This document shows positions 1 to 8,997 of a stretch of DNA of 64,000 nucleotides, piece by piece. Under the pieces are notes generated by a model. That model was not told where the DNA came from. It made no database searches and was given only the letters and a program-made list of their open reading frames with translations. Position 1 is the stretch's first letter. The number at the start of each line of letters is the position of its first letter. A program made the position numbers and the translations under genes. Location of the stretch: assembly GCA_016208765.1 (NCBI GenBank), contig JACQXK010000001.1, forward strand, positions 64,218 through 128,217, given 5' to 3'. The DNA is from Candidatus Omnitrophota bacterium (lineage in GTDB: Bacteria; Omnitrophota; Gorgyraeia; Gygaellales; Profunditerraquicolaceae).

Positions 1-2438
1 ATATTAAGAATGCTTTACGCTATTTCGCCGAAGGTATTGGGTTATTCAGGACTGAACATATGTTTTACGGTGAAGGGAAAAAATCAAGAGAGGCGTTAGC
101 TCTTTTACGCGAAATGATTATTTTCCTGAAACAAGACGAACGCAGAGCGGCAACCCTAAAACAATTATTTCCTTATTTCAAAAATGATATTAAGGCTGCG
201 TTTAAGGAAATGAAGGGATTACCGGTTACGATTAGATTATTAGATCCGCCTTTACATGAATTCCTCCCGAATCCGGATAACAAAAAAGACAAGAAAGAAC
301 AGGAAAAGGCAGAACAGGAGTTAAAGGAACTATCAGAAAAACTGGGAGTTCCAGTAACAAAGATTCGCCAGATAACCAAGGATTTAAGTGAGGCAAATCC
401 GATGTTGGGCCTTCGCGGAGAGCGATTAGGCATAGTTTTCTCGGAAATAACTGAGATCCAAGTGAGAGCGATGTTTGAAGCTGCTGCGGAATTGATTATA
501 AAAAATAATACTGCTCCGCGCCTTGAAATTATGATTCCCTTAGTCAGTGAAGAAGGTGGGCTTAAAGACCAGAAAAAGATAGTTGAAAGAGTCCATGCTG
601 AGGTAGTAAAGAAATATGGACTGGAAAAGAAAAATAAAGAGCTGAAATATATGTTCGGCACGATGATTGAAACTCCTCGCGCGACAGCGATTGCCGGCAA
701 GCTTGCAGAGGATGCTGAATTTTTCTCCTTTGGTACTAATGACCTAACTCAGATGACTTTTGGTTATTCGCGCGATGATGCAGGCAGCTTTCTGCCTACT
801 TTTATTGAAAAGGAAATTCTACCTAATGATCCATTCGCGCAAGTAGACAAGGATGGAGTTGTTAAATTTATGAAAACCGCAGTTGATGATGGCCGTAAAG
901 TGCGCCGGAAACTAAAAGTAGGTATTTGTGGCGAACACGGGGGAGATCCGGATTCAATCAAGGAATTCCATGAGTTTCTTGATTATGTGAGCTGCTCAGC
1001 GTTTAGGGTGCCGCTTGCAATATGTGCCGCAGCTTGGGCTGAACTTGACTCTCCTCGCGGCGTGGTTCCTGCTGCACCGAGCGTACGCCTATCGTGGCAG
1101 GCAAGAGATAAATTACTGGGGATGATTTATTCAGTCACAACTGCCTTGAGTAGTGTTTGGGCAAAAATGCCTGTGGGAGATTTGCAGCGATCAGGAGAGG
1201 CTTTTAATTCTGTTATCGCCCTTAGTCATGTAGCGGTTCTATTGGAGGATAGTAAGAGTAAAGTAGACCTTCAGGAACTCTTTAGGACAATTGATGAGGA
1301 GTTATCCACCTTAGACAGGGTAATGAAACAGAGGATAAAGAATATTGGCAGAGAAGCTGCCAAGAATGACCCTGTGCTCAAACATTATTATACAGCTTTG
1401 GCGTCAATCAAAGGCATCAGGGCTGAAGTAGAGAAAATTATGGACAATAAGGGGATTCCTGCCATAGCCTCCAGCGCGGTGGAAAAAGCTTCCGCTGCAA
1501 AAGCAGAAACAGCCAGCTCAGCGCTTTTTAGGAACAACCCTGTGCCGGAAATCGGGGATGTCAGCAAATTTTCTAATTTAAAAGTCAATCCCAGCGGGAC
1601 CGCTGGAAGTTTTTCTGATATTAAAAGTTGGGACCTTGGTGGTGGTCGGAATTTTGATAAGGCTGTTGTTGGCGATTTGCATCGGACTGCTGATACTCTT
1701 ACATTTGAGTTCCGCCCTAAGGAGACTGTGGTAAGGACGACTCATAAGAAAGATTTTATCGGCAGCAAACCTACGGAGACTGAAGTTTTGGAAGCGAAAC
1801 TACCTGGTCAACACATTGTATCAATAACTACTAAAGAAATGCAAGGATCAAGTGAAGACGAAGAGAACCTATCGCTTGTTGTTGAGGTAACTCCTGAGTT
1901 TTTTGCTCAGCTTGGGCAGAAAGGAATCCCTCTGAACAATAAATTTACCCATACGGTACATAGCTATCCAGCAAATGATTATCCTTCCGTGATATCGTCT
2001 GCGCGTAACGTTGAATTCGTATCCGCAGGCACTGCCAGCAGCGCGGTAAAAGCCTCAAGCGCCATGCAAAAAGCTCCAGATACTACCGGCGGTATTGACT
2101 TCCGCGCGATGAACATCAAGTATCAAGCTATGGGTAGTTTTGCTAAGCTTGATTTGACTTTGCCGAAGTTGAGCAGGGTTGAATTGCAGAGTATGGATAT
2201 TGATAAGGAAATATTAAGTATTCAGCGTATGGCAAATAGTTCTATTGAGCCATCAGCAAAACGACTGGAAGAAGTTTTAGCAGCCTGTGTGCAAAAAGGA
2301 GAGCTTAATCAAAGAAGGGAAGCTTTAGCAGCTTGTGCTATGGATATCTGTCAGATACAGGAAATGCGAGCTACTGAAAGTTCTCCGGAGTTAAGAAGAG
2401 TAATAGTGTTACTTGACCAGATAAGTTCAGGGTCATAA
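1..2438 (+). CDS. ppdK: Pyruvate,phosphate dikinase, C-terminal part (5' truncated by window edge), continuing into a ~460-aa C-terminal extension of unknown function
   Basis: The frame reads through the window start (...GIGLFRTEHMFYGEG, the PEP-utilising TIM-barrel region). It carries the VGICGEHGGDP...YVSCSAFRVP motif that normally ends PPDK near aa ~330 of this ORF. The ORF then continues with no stop to 2438. Confidence 0.8.
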   Translation, partial: IKNALRYFAEGIGLFRTEHMFYGEGKKSREALALLREMIIFLKQDERRAATLKQLFPYFKNDIKAAFKEMKGLPVTIRLLDPPLHEFLPNPDNKKDKKEQEKAEQELKELSEKLGVPVTKIRQITKDLSEANPMLGLRGERLGIVFSEITEIQVRAMFEAAAELIIKNNTAPRLEIMIPLVSEEGGLKDQKKIVERVHAEVVKKYGLEKKNKELKYMFGTMIETPRATAIAGKLAEDAEFFSFGTNDLTQMTFGYSRDDAGSFLPTFIEKEILPNDPFAQVDKDGVVKFMKTAVDDGRKVRRKLKVGICGEHGGDPDSIKEFHEFLDYVSCSAFRVPLAICAAAWAELDSPRGVVPAAPSVRLSWQARDKLLGMIYSVTTALSSVWAKMPVGDLQRSGEAFNSVIALSHVAVLLEDSKSKVDLQELFRTIDEELSTLDRVMKQRIKNIGREAAKNDPVLKHYYTALASIKGIRAEVEKIMDNKGIPAIASSAVEKASAAKAETASSALFRNNPVPEIGDVSKFSNLKVNPSGTAGSFSDIKSWDLGGGRNFDKAVVGDLHRTADTLTFEFRPKETVVRTTHKKDFIGSKPTETEVLEAKLPGQHIVSITTKEMQGSSEDEENLSLVVEVTPEFFAQLGQKGIPLNNKFTHTVHSYPANDYPSVISSARNVEFVSAGTASSAVKASSAMQKAPDTTGGIDFRAMNIKYQAMGSFAKLDLTLPKLSRVELQSMDIDKEILSIQRMANSSIEPSAKRLEEVLAACVQKGELNQRREALAACAMDICQIQEMRATESSPELRRVIVLLDQISSGS

Positions 2439-2468
2439 GATATAGTTGTAGTATTTTGATAAAGTAAC

Positions 2469-2505
2469 AAAGAGGCGTTTTCTGTAAAATAGAAAACGCC
2501 TCTTT
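2469..2505 (+). terminator. Rho-independent terminator-like hairpin after ppdK (perfect 15-bp stem aaagaggcgttttct/agaaaacgcctcttt, 7-nt loop)
   Basis: A perfect inverted repeat seen directly in the sequence, 30 nt after the ppdK stop. T/A runs on both sides mean it could act in either direction. Confidence 0.6.
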
Positions 2506-2618
2506 AATTGTAGTCTAATATGGTGCGGGAGGAGGGAGTTTCCCGACGCTCGTTTTTGCTCGGTCGGGATCCCGCCTGCTATTAATTAGCTTGGCGGGAG
2601 AACTCTTGATAAATTTAG

Positions 2619-2700
2619 TGCGGGAGGAGGGAGTTGAACCCTCATGTCTTGCGACACTGGCTTCTGAGACCAGCGCGTCTGCCATTCCGCCACCCCCGCA
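2619..2700 (-). tRNA. tRNA-Leu (anticodon CAG), long variable arm
   Basis: The reverse complement reads GCGGGGGTGGCGGAATGGCAGACGCGCTGGTCTCAGAAGCCAGTGTCGCAAGACATGAGGGTTCAACTCCCTCCTCCCGCA. The acceptor stem pairs, the anticodon loop is CTCAGAA, the T-loop is GGTTCAACTCC, and the long extra arm is typical of Leu. The 3' end is CTA, not CCA. Confidence 0.8.
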
Positions 2701-2802
2701 AAAAGTAATTTAAAGTATAACTTAGCCTGCCTCATCTGTCAATTATAAAAGAATTGCTCCTCTTGGTTTTTGTTGGTATAATTATTTCAATTAGCTAATT
2801 AG

Positions 2803-2830
2803 GCTGGATTCCCGCTTTCGCGGGAATGAC
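2803..2830. repeat. Partial copy (one hairpin arm, gctggattcccgctttcgcgggaatgac) of the double-hairpin MITE-like repeat found in full at 41758 and 47541
   Basis: Near-identical to the 3' hairpin of the two full copies (ggattcccgcttacgcgggaatgac). It lies just upstream of the 2846 ORF. Confidence 0.6.
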
Positions 2831-2845
2831 ATAAGGGGTGCATAG

Positions 2846-3802
2846 ATGTTTTTGGAGTCATTTAAGATTACAAGTCTTGCCGTGCTGCAGAGTTTCATTT
2901 TGGGGGCAGTCGGCTATTTGTTAATGAAAAAGCAAATCCTTGGGCATGAAGGGCTTAGCACATTAAGCCGCTTGGTGGTTGAGGTAACTTTGCCGGTTTT
3001 AATTTTTTGCCAGCTGATCAAGGATTTTCGTTTTGATCTGTATCCAAATTGGTGGATTTTTCCTTTACTTAGTATCGCTATTACTGTTGCAGGTTTAATT
3101 TTTGGAGTAATATTTGTTGGATTTATAAAGGGCCAGCAGCATAAGTGGCAATTTTTGACTTTAGTGAGTTTTCAGAATTCAGGGTATCTGCCGCTTGCTT
3201 TAGTTGTGGCCATATTGCCTAAAGAAAGCGCTGCAGTTATTTTGACATATTTGTTTTTATTTCTTTTGGGATTTAATTTGCTGGTTTGGTCTGTGGGCGT
3301 GTATATGCTTTCGTTTCATGCTGTAAAGAAATTTGAATTGGGCACTTTGTTTAGCCCGCCGGTAATTGCGGTTTTGTTTAGTTTGGCATTGATTTTCTTT
3401 GGTTTAAATAAGTTTGTTCCGCTTACATTGCTAAAACCTTTGCGTATGATCGGCGATTGCACTCTGCCTTTGGCAATGTTTGTTGTCGGAGGTAATTTGG
3501 CTGCAGTGCGGCTTGAACAGATAAATAAACGGGCAGTAAGCTATATTGTTCTGGTAAAATTAATTATGCTTCCTATATTGGGATTGTGGCTGATCCTGAA
3601 ATTTAAAGCTCCCTATTTGATAGGGTTATTAATTTTAATTGAATTAGCAGTTCCTCCGGCGACTTCTTTGTCGGTAATTACCCGGCATTACAAGAAAGAA
3701 GATTTGCTGATTAGCCAAGGGGTATTTTTTGGACACATTATTAGCATCATTACTCTTCCGTTATTTTTAAGTATTTATTTTAGCTTATGCATGATAAAAT
3801 AA
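2846..3802 (+). CDS. AEC-family (auxin efflux carrier / malate permease-like) membrane transporter
   Basis: 318 aa and highly hydrophobic with about 10 predicted TM segments. The length and N-terminal organisation resemble the AEC/Mem_trans family. Confidence 0.5.
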   Translation: MFLESFKITSLAVLQSFILGAVGYLLMKKQILGHEGLSTLSRLVVEVTLPVLIFCQLIKDFRFDLYPNWWIFPLLSIAITVAGLIFGVIFVGFIKGQQHKWQFLTLVSFQNSGYLPLALVVAILPKESAAVILTYLFLFLLGFNLLVWSVGVYMLSFHAVKKFELGTLFSPPVIAVLFSLALIFFGLNKFVPLTLLKPLRMIGDCTLPLAMFVVGGNLAAVRLEQINKRAVSYIVLVKLIMLPILGLWLILKFKAPYLIGLLILIELAVPPATSLSVITRHYKKEDLLISQGVFFGHIISIITLPLFLSIYFSLCMIK

Positions 3803-4251
3803 CTATTCCAAGTATCAGTAACCGCAAGGCGCATCGGGATTATGAAATTTTAGAATCATTTGAATGCGGGATTGAATTAAAGGGCAGTGAAGTAAAAAGC
3901 TTGAGAGAGGGCAAAGCGAATTTAAATGACAGTTTTGCCCGTATAGATAAAGATGAAATTGTTCTGTTTAATTTGCATATAAGCCCTTATATAGAGGCGA
4001 GCTATTTGAATGTTGAGCCTGTGCGGCCAAGAAAGCTGCTGTTGCACAGGAAACAAATCTTGAGGCTCGCCGGGAGCCTTGCGCAAAAAGGACTGACCAT
4101 GGTGCCGCTTAAGATTTATTTCAACCAGCGCGGTTTTGCCAAGGTGGAATTAGCTCTTTGTAAAGGAAAGAAGTTGTATGATAAGCGCGAGGGCATAAAA
4201 AAGCGCGAAGAGGATTTGTCTTTGCGCAGGGTGATGAAGAATAGAAGATAG
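3787..4251 (+). CDS. smpB: SsrA-binding protein SmpB
   Basis: 154 aa. The NRKAHRDYEILESFECGIELKGSEVKSLR motif and a basic C-terminal tail are characteristic of SmpB. tmRNA follows immediately downstream. Confidence 0.9.
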   Translation: MHDKITIPSISNRKAHRDYEILESFECGIELKGSEVKSLREGKANLNDSFARIDKDEIVLFNLHISPYIEASYLNVEPVRPRKLLLHRKQILRLAGSLAQKGLTMVPLKIYFNQRGFAKVELALCKGKKLYDKREGIKKREEDLSLRRVMKNRR

Positions 4252-4291
4252 GTTGGAGTTTTTTCCAATAATGAAAAATAGCTGGAAATTT

Positions 4292-4687
4292 GGGGGTGAA
4301 AGGGTTCGACCTAAGTACATAGGGTAAGAGCAGCATGCCGCGGACGCGAGGTTAGCCGCGTTAACAATCCTTGCAAAAACTAAAAGCAAACACACCAGTG
4401 TTAAACCGGCTTGCAATGCCAGTAATGGCAATGCCAGCTGGCTGCTTAGTCACCCCTCACTAAGTGTAGGGGTGCCTCTACTCAGCTTGCCTACGGGCTG
4501 AAATAGAGCGCTAGTAGGATAGTCTCGCAGGGTTTGCCTTTGCATGCGGGATGAAATTCAAAAAGGCTGCGGCTTGCGCAATCTTGTTTAGCGGAGTGCG
4601 CAAGAGTAAGAATAAAAGATAAACTAAGCATGTAGCGGCTTTTATCAGATTGCTTGGGGACGGCGGTCCAATTCCGCCCACCTCCAC
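4292..4687 (+). ncRNA. ssrA: tmRNA (ssrA), one-piece
   Basis: The 5' end GGGGGTGAAAGGGTTCGAC is the tRNA-like acceptor/D-analogue. The 3' end GGACGGCGGTCCAATTCCGCCCACCTCCA has a T-arm GGCGG/CCGCC, and the acceptor CACCTCC pairs with the 5' GGGGGTG. An internal ...CAGCTGGCTGCTTAG (..LAA stop) is followed by a hairpin cacccct/aggggtg. The gene lies directly downstream of smpB. Confidence 0.85.
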
Positions 4688-4827
4688 TTAAATTTTCCGA
4701 CAAGGAAAATTTAAGTGGCACTCAAGCGAGCGTTAAACAGCCCGACAAGGGCTGTAGCGAGCGGAGTGCCACCAGGGCTAAGTGGATCCCAAAACAATGT
4801 GTTTTGAGATATTAAAACTAAATACAA

Positions 4828-5928
4828 ATGATTAAATCAAAATTAACTATATCTATCTTACGAATTACAAGTTATGTGTTACTGGTTACGGCTTTTATCG
4901 GTTGCGCTACTGTGCCCCAGAAGGAGCTTTTGACTGCTTATAATTTGAACGGCACAACTTATTATTCCTTAACAGATTTATGCAGCCTGAAAAATATTGA
5001 GTTAGAGCAGGATAAGTTTAATAATTCAATTATATTAACCAAGGATTCGCATCGTATTGTTTTAAAAGTTGGTGACAGTTTAGTGTTGGTAGATGACAGG
5101 GCAACTATGCTTAGTCATCCGGTTAAAATTCATAATGGTGCAGTTGTTGTTCCTGCCAGATTTAAGGAACAGGTTATTGACACTTTGTTTAAGCAAACAT
5201 GCCAGCTTTTAAGGCCGGGGTACTCTTTATCTAAAATCAGAAAAATCGTCATTGACGCCGGGCATGGTGGAAATGACCCGGGTGCAATTGGAAAGAATGG
5301 ATTACGGGAGAAGGATGTTAATTTGGATATTGCTCGTCGTCTTGCCGATATCCTGAAATGCCAAGGGGTGGATGTTGTTTTGGTGCGCTCATCCGATATA
5401 TTTGTGCCACTTCCAAGGCGTGTTGAAATTGCAAATAACTCCGGGGCGGATCTTTTTTTAAGCGTGCATTCTAATGCCAGTAAGTCACGGAGCCTAAGCG
5501 GATTTGAAGTTTATTATGTTGCTCCCAGTGTCAGCGATATCATACGCGCGAAGAGTTCAGCAAGAACATCAAAGCTAAATTTGAAAAATGCCTACTTTGC
5601 CAGCAGCTCACTTGATCTAAGAACGATTGTCTGGGATATGGTCTATACTTATTCACGCGCCGAGTCTATTAATTTATCCCGGGCTTTGTGTCAATCCGCC
5701 GGCGGTAATTTAGATACCCGCATAATTGGTGTTAAGAATGCGCGGTTTGCAGTTTTAAAAGGGGTAAGGATGCCTGCGGTTTTAATGGAGGTAGGTTTTG
5801 TTTCTAACCCTAACGAAGAGCGTTTATTAAAGACGAGTTCTTATCGGACAAAAATTGCGGAAAGCATTGCCGAAGGGCTTGCAAATTACGCACGGGATTC
5901 GGAGTTAATGGAGGCGCGCAATAAATGA
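4828..5928 (+). CDS. amiC: N-acetylmuramoyl-L-alanine amidase (Amidase_3, AmiC-like) lipoprotein
   Basis: It has a lipobox-like signal (LLVTAFIGCAT). The motifs IVIDAGHGGNDPGA...LFLSVHSNAS...PAVLMEVGFVSNPNEE match the Amidase_3 zinc-amidase signature. Confidence 0.85.
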   Translation: MIKSKLTISILRITSYVLLVTAFIGCATVPQKELLTAYNLNGTTYYSLTDLCSLKNIELEQDKFNNSIILTKDSHRIVLKVGDSLVLVDDRATMLSHPVKIHNGAVVVPARFKEQVIDTLFKQTCQLLRPGYSLSKIRKIVIDAGHGGNDPGAIGKNGLREKDVNLDIARRLADILKCQGVDVVLVRSSDIFVPLPRRVEIANNSGADLFLSVHSNASKSRSLSGFEVYYVAPSVSDIIRAKSSARTSKLNLKNAYFASSSLDLRTIVWDMVYTYSRAESINLSRALCQSAGGNLDTRIIGVKNARFAVLKGVRMPAVLMEVGFVSNPNEERLLKTSSYRTKIAESIAEGLANYARDSELMEARNK

Positions 5929-6716
5929 GGCCGATTGGAGTTTTTGATTCAGGCGTGGGCGGGTTGACTGTTGTTAAGGAATTGATCCATCAGCTCCCGC
6001 ACGAGGATATAGTTTATTTTGGTGATACTGCGCGCGTGCCTTACGGGATCAAATCAAGAGAAACAGTTATTCGTTTTTCCATTGAGAATATTTTATTTCT
6101 TCTTAAACAGGATGTGAAATTAATTTGTGTTGCCTGTAACACTGCTTCCAGTTTTGCTTTGCCGGTGATTAAGAATCATTTTAAAGTGCCTATCGTCGGG
6201 GTGATTAGCCCAGGAGTGCGCGAGGCGGTTTATGCCACGCAAAATAAAAGAATAGGGGTTATCGGCACCAAGGGCACCATTAAAAGTCGGACCTATGAAA
6301 TTGAAATTAATCAGCTTGAGCCGGAAGTCAAGGTTACTGCTGTTGCCTGCCCGTTGTTTGTGCCTTTTGTTGAAGAGGGGTGGCTTTCCGGGGATGTGGT
6401 TTTAGATGTTGCCCGTACCTATTTAAAGCCGCTAAAGGATGCCAGGGTGGATACTGTTATTTTAGGCTGCACGCATTATCCATTGCTTAGGCCGGTGATC
6501 AAGCAGGTGCTTGGCGAGAATGTAACCTTGATTGATTCTGCAAAACAGGTGGCTGTTGAGGTGAAAAAGATTTTGGGATCGGAGAATATTTTAAATACCA
6601 AGGGAAAAGGGAAGCATAGTTTTTACGTCAGTGATAATCCGGAGTGGTTTAGCGGTTTAGCAGAAAGGTTTTTAGGGAATTCTCTAAAAAAAAAAAAAAA
6701 GGCTGTTTCAGGATGA
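5925..6716 (+). CDS. murI: Glutamate racemase
   Basis: The motifs MRPIGVFDSGVGGLTV...CNTAS...GCTHYP are the MurI signature. Its start overlaps the amidase stop by 4 nt. Confidence 0.9.
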   Translation: MRPIGVFDSGVGGLTVVKELIHQLPHEDIVYFGDTARVPYGIKSRETVIRFSIENILFLLKQDVKLICVACNTASSFALPVIKNHFKVPIVGVISPGVREAVYATQNKRIGVIGTKGTIKSRTYEIEINQLEPEVKVTAVACPLFVPFVEEGWLSGDVVLDVARTYLKPLKDARVDTVILGCTHYPLLRPVIKQVLGENVTLIDSAKQVAVEVKKILGSENILNTKGKGKHSFYVSDNPEWFSGLAERFLGNSLKKKKKAVSG

Positions 6717-6731
6717 GAAATAGGGGATAAA

Positions 6732-7088
6732 ATGTATAGCATTAAAGTAGAAGCAAGTTTTAGCTCCGCGCATAATTTAAGAGAGTATAAAGGCAAGTGC
6801 GAAGAACTGCACGGGCACAATTGGAAAGTAGAAGTTGTGGTTGCCAGCGACAAATTAGACAAGGCCGGGATGGTAATGGATTTTAAACGCCTTAAAGAAA
6901 AACTGAATATAATTCTTGAGAAACTTGACCATAAATATATAAATAAAATTGCTTATTTTAAGAAAACAAATCCTACTTCTGAGAATATCTCCAAATATAT
7001 CTATGACTGCCTGAAGCCCGTGGCCCCAAATATTAAATCAGTGACGGTTTGGGAGAATCCTGCCAGTTGCGCAACCTATGAAGAGTAA
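6732..7088 (+). CDS. queD: 6-carboxy-5,6,7,8-tetrahydropterin synthase (QueD / PTPS family)
   Basis: 118 aa with the CEELHGHNW zinc-binding motif of the PTPS fold. It is followed directly by queE and queF. Confidence 0.85.
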   Translation: MYSIKVEASFSSAHNLREYKGKCEELHGHNWKVEVVVASDKLDKAGMVMDFKRLKEKLNIILEKLDHKYINKIAYFKKTNPTSENISKYIYDCLKPVAPNIKSVTVWENPASCATYEE

Positions 7089-7091
7089 ATA

Positions 7092-7763
7092 ATGAAAGCA
7101 AAAATCGCAGAGGTGTTTGAGAGCGTGCAGGGAGAAGGGCTCTATTTGGGGGAGAAGCAGATATTTGTGCGCTTCTTCGGGTGTAACCTTAGTTGCGGTT
7201 ACTGTGATACAAAATTAGACAGTTATACTGAGTATGAGCCTTTTGAATTATTTGAGGAAATAAAACTGTATCAGGATAAATATCATTCTGTTTCGTTTAC
7301 CGGCGGTGAGCCTCTTTTGCAGTCGGATTTTCTAAAAGAGATGATGAAATTTACTTACCGATACGGGCACAAGAATTATCTTGAGACTAACGGCACGCTT
7401 GTCCAGGAGTTAGAAAAGGTAATTGATTATGTAGATATTGTGGCTATGGATTTTAAGCTTCCCAGTTCAACCGGTTTGTTCGCATATTGGGACATACACA
7501 GGCAATTTTTAAAGGTCGCTTCTAAAAAAGAAGTTTTTGCTAAAATTGTTGTTTGCCCACAGACGAAAGAAGAAGACCTAAACAAATCCCTTTCTATTAT
7601 TAACAGTGAAAATAAATCAGCGATATTGGTTTTGCAGCCTAACAGTTTAGTTGCGATTGATTTGTTAAGCGAGAAATTGGAAAACTTTAAGAATATCTGT
7701 CGTAATGAAGGCGTGACCGCATTTGTTATCCCGCAGATCCATAAAATTGCAGGTGTAAGATGA
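7092..7763 (+). CDS. queE: 7-carboxy-7-deazaguanine synthase (radical SAM)
   Basis: It carries the GCNLSCGYCDT CX3CX2C radical-SAM cluster motif. The size fits QueE and it sits within the queD-E-F order. Confidence 0.85.
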   Translation: MKAKIAEVFESVQGEGLYLGEKQIFVRFFGCNLSCGYCDTKLDSYTEYEPFELFEEIKLYQDKYHSVSFTGGEPLLQSDFLKEMMKFTYRYGHKNYLETNGTLVQELEKVIDYVDIVAMDFKLPSSTGLFAYWDIHRQFLKVASKKEVFAKIVVCPQTKEEDLNKSLSIINSENKSAILVLQPNSLVAIDLLSEKLENFKNICRNEGVTAFVIPQIHKIAGVR

Positions 7764-8155
7764 AAAGAAAATCAAGTTATGAAAATTTGCAGAAGAATGT
7801 AAGACAGTTAAATACTCCGGAAATTGAAGTTTGGGAAAATCAGTATCCGGATAAAGATTATGCGATCTCTATTGAGATTACGGAATTCACCTGCATCTGC
7901 CCAAAGACCGGCCTGCCTGATTTTGCGCTGATCAAAATTGATTATGCTCCGGATAAATATTGCGCTGAATTAAAATCGCTTAAGATGTATACAATTTTCT
8001 TCAGGAATATAGGCATATTTCATGAGCATTTGACTAATAAGATACTTGATGATTTTGTGAAGGTATGTAAACCCCGTTGGGCAAAGATTATTACAGAGTT
8101 TAATCCCCGAGGCGGTATTAAAACAGTAGTTATGCGGGAGTATAAAAGAAGATGA
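7760..8155 (+). CDS. queF: NADPH-dependent 7-cyano-7-deazaguanine reductase (type I QueF)
   Basis: 131 aa with the FTCICPKTGLPDFA catalytic-Cys motif and the ELKSLKMY QueF motif. Confidence 0.85.
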   Translation: MKRKSSYENLQKNVRQLNTPEIEVWENQYPDKDYAISIEITEFTCICPKTGLPDFALIKIDYAPDKYCAELKSLKMYTIFFRNIGIFHEHLTNKILDDFVKVCKPRWAKIITEFNPRGGIKTVVMREYKRR

Positions 8156-8979
8156 GAGAGATTCCGGCAGATAAAATAAGGGTTGCCGTCAGCAATTTAT
8201 GCGCCAAGGCGAATTTTTCTTTGCGTAAAGACGTTTTGCAGCAGTTAAGACTTGCTTATAAAAAAGAAACAAATAAAAAAGCAAAAAAGTTCTTAGCTGC
8301 TGTTATCGCTAATGCCTTTGTGGCGGAAAAAGAGAAAATTGCGATTTGTCAGGATACTGGTTTACCGATAGTTTTTCTTGAGATTGGGCAGGATGTAAGG
8401 ATTGTTAGGGGAGATTTAAAGCAGGCAATAAATAAAGGTATTGAAGACGGATACAGAAAAGCATATTTGCGTAATTCCATTGTGTTAGATCCGCTTGCAA
8501 GAGGTGTTTCTAAGTTTGGCCCGGCTATTATTCATCTGGATCTGGTTAAAGGCAAGAAAATAAAAATCACAATTTTTCCTAAGGGTTTTGGATGTGAAAA
8601 CAAAAGCCAATTGAAGATGTTTAAGCCCACAGTTTCAATTGAAGAAATCAAGAAATTCATTGTTGAAGCGGTTAGGTCTGCCGGAGCGGATGCCTGCCCG
8701 CCGTATATAGTTGGCGTTGGTATAGGAGGAACTGCTGATTATTCAGGGTTGTTGGCAAAAAAGGCTTTGCTTAAGCCGGTCGCCGGTATCAAAATACGGA
8801 AGCTTGAATCAGAGCTTTTGAAAATGATTAATCGCCTGAACATCGGCCCGATGGGCTTAGGCGGAAAGGTTACTTGCTTGGGCGTAAATATTGAAACTGC
8901 TCCGACGCATATTGCAGGGCTTCCTGTTTCAGTAAATATCAGTTGTCATGCGCTAAGAAGCGCTACAACTGAGTTATAG
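8152..8979 (+). CDS. fumA: Fe-S hydro-lyase, class I fumarate hydratase / tartrate dehydratase alpha subunit
   Basis: It carries a CQDTG motif and cysteine ligands typical of the fumarate-hydratase class I alpha region. Confidence 0.8.
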   Translation: MREIPADKIRVAVSNLCAKANFSLRKDVLQQLRLAYKKETNKKAKKFLAAVIANAFVAEKEKIAICQDTGLPIVFLEIGQDVRIVRGDLKQAINKGIEDGYRKAYLRNSIVLDPLARGVSKFGPAIIHLDLVKGKKIKITIFPKGFGCENKSQLKMFKPTVSIEEIKKFIVEAVRSAGADACPPYIVGVGIGGTADYSGLLAKKALLKPVAGIKIRKLESELLKMINRLNIGPMGLGGKVTCLGVNIETAPTHIAGLPVSVNISCHALRSATTEL

Positions 8980-8997
8980 GGCTGCTTTGGTTAAAAG

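Noticed and set aside
173-1588. Minus-strand ORFs within ppdK (173..700, 764..961, 1388..1588)
   Set aside because: They are antisense to a strongly supported coding frame and have a low-complexity Ser/Phe-rich composition.
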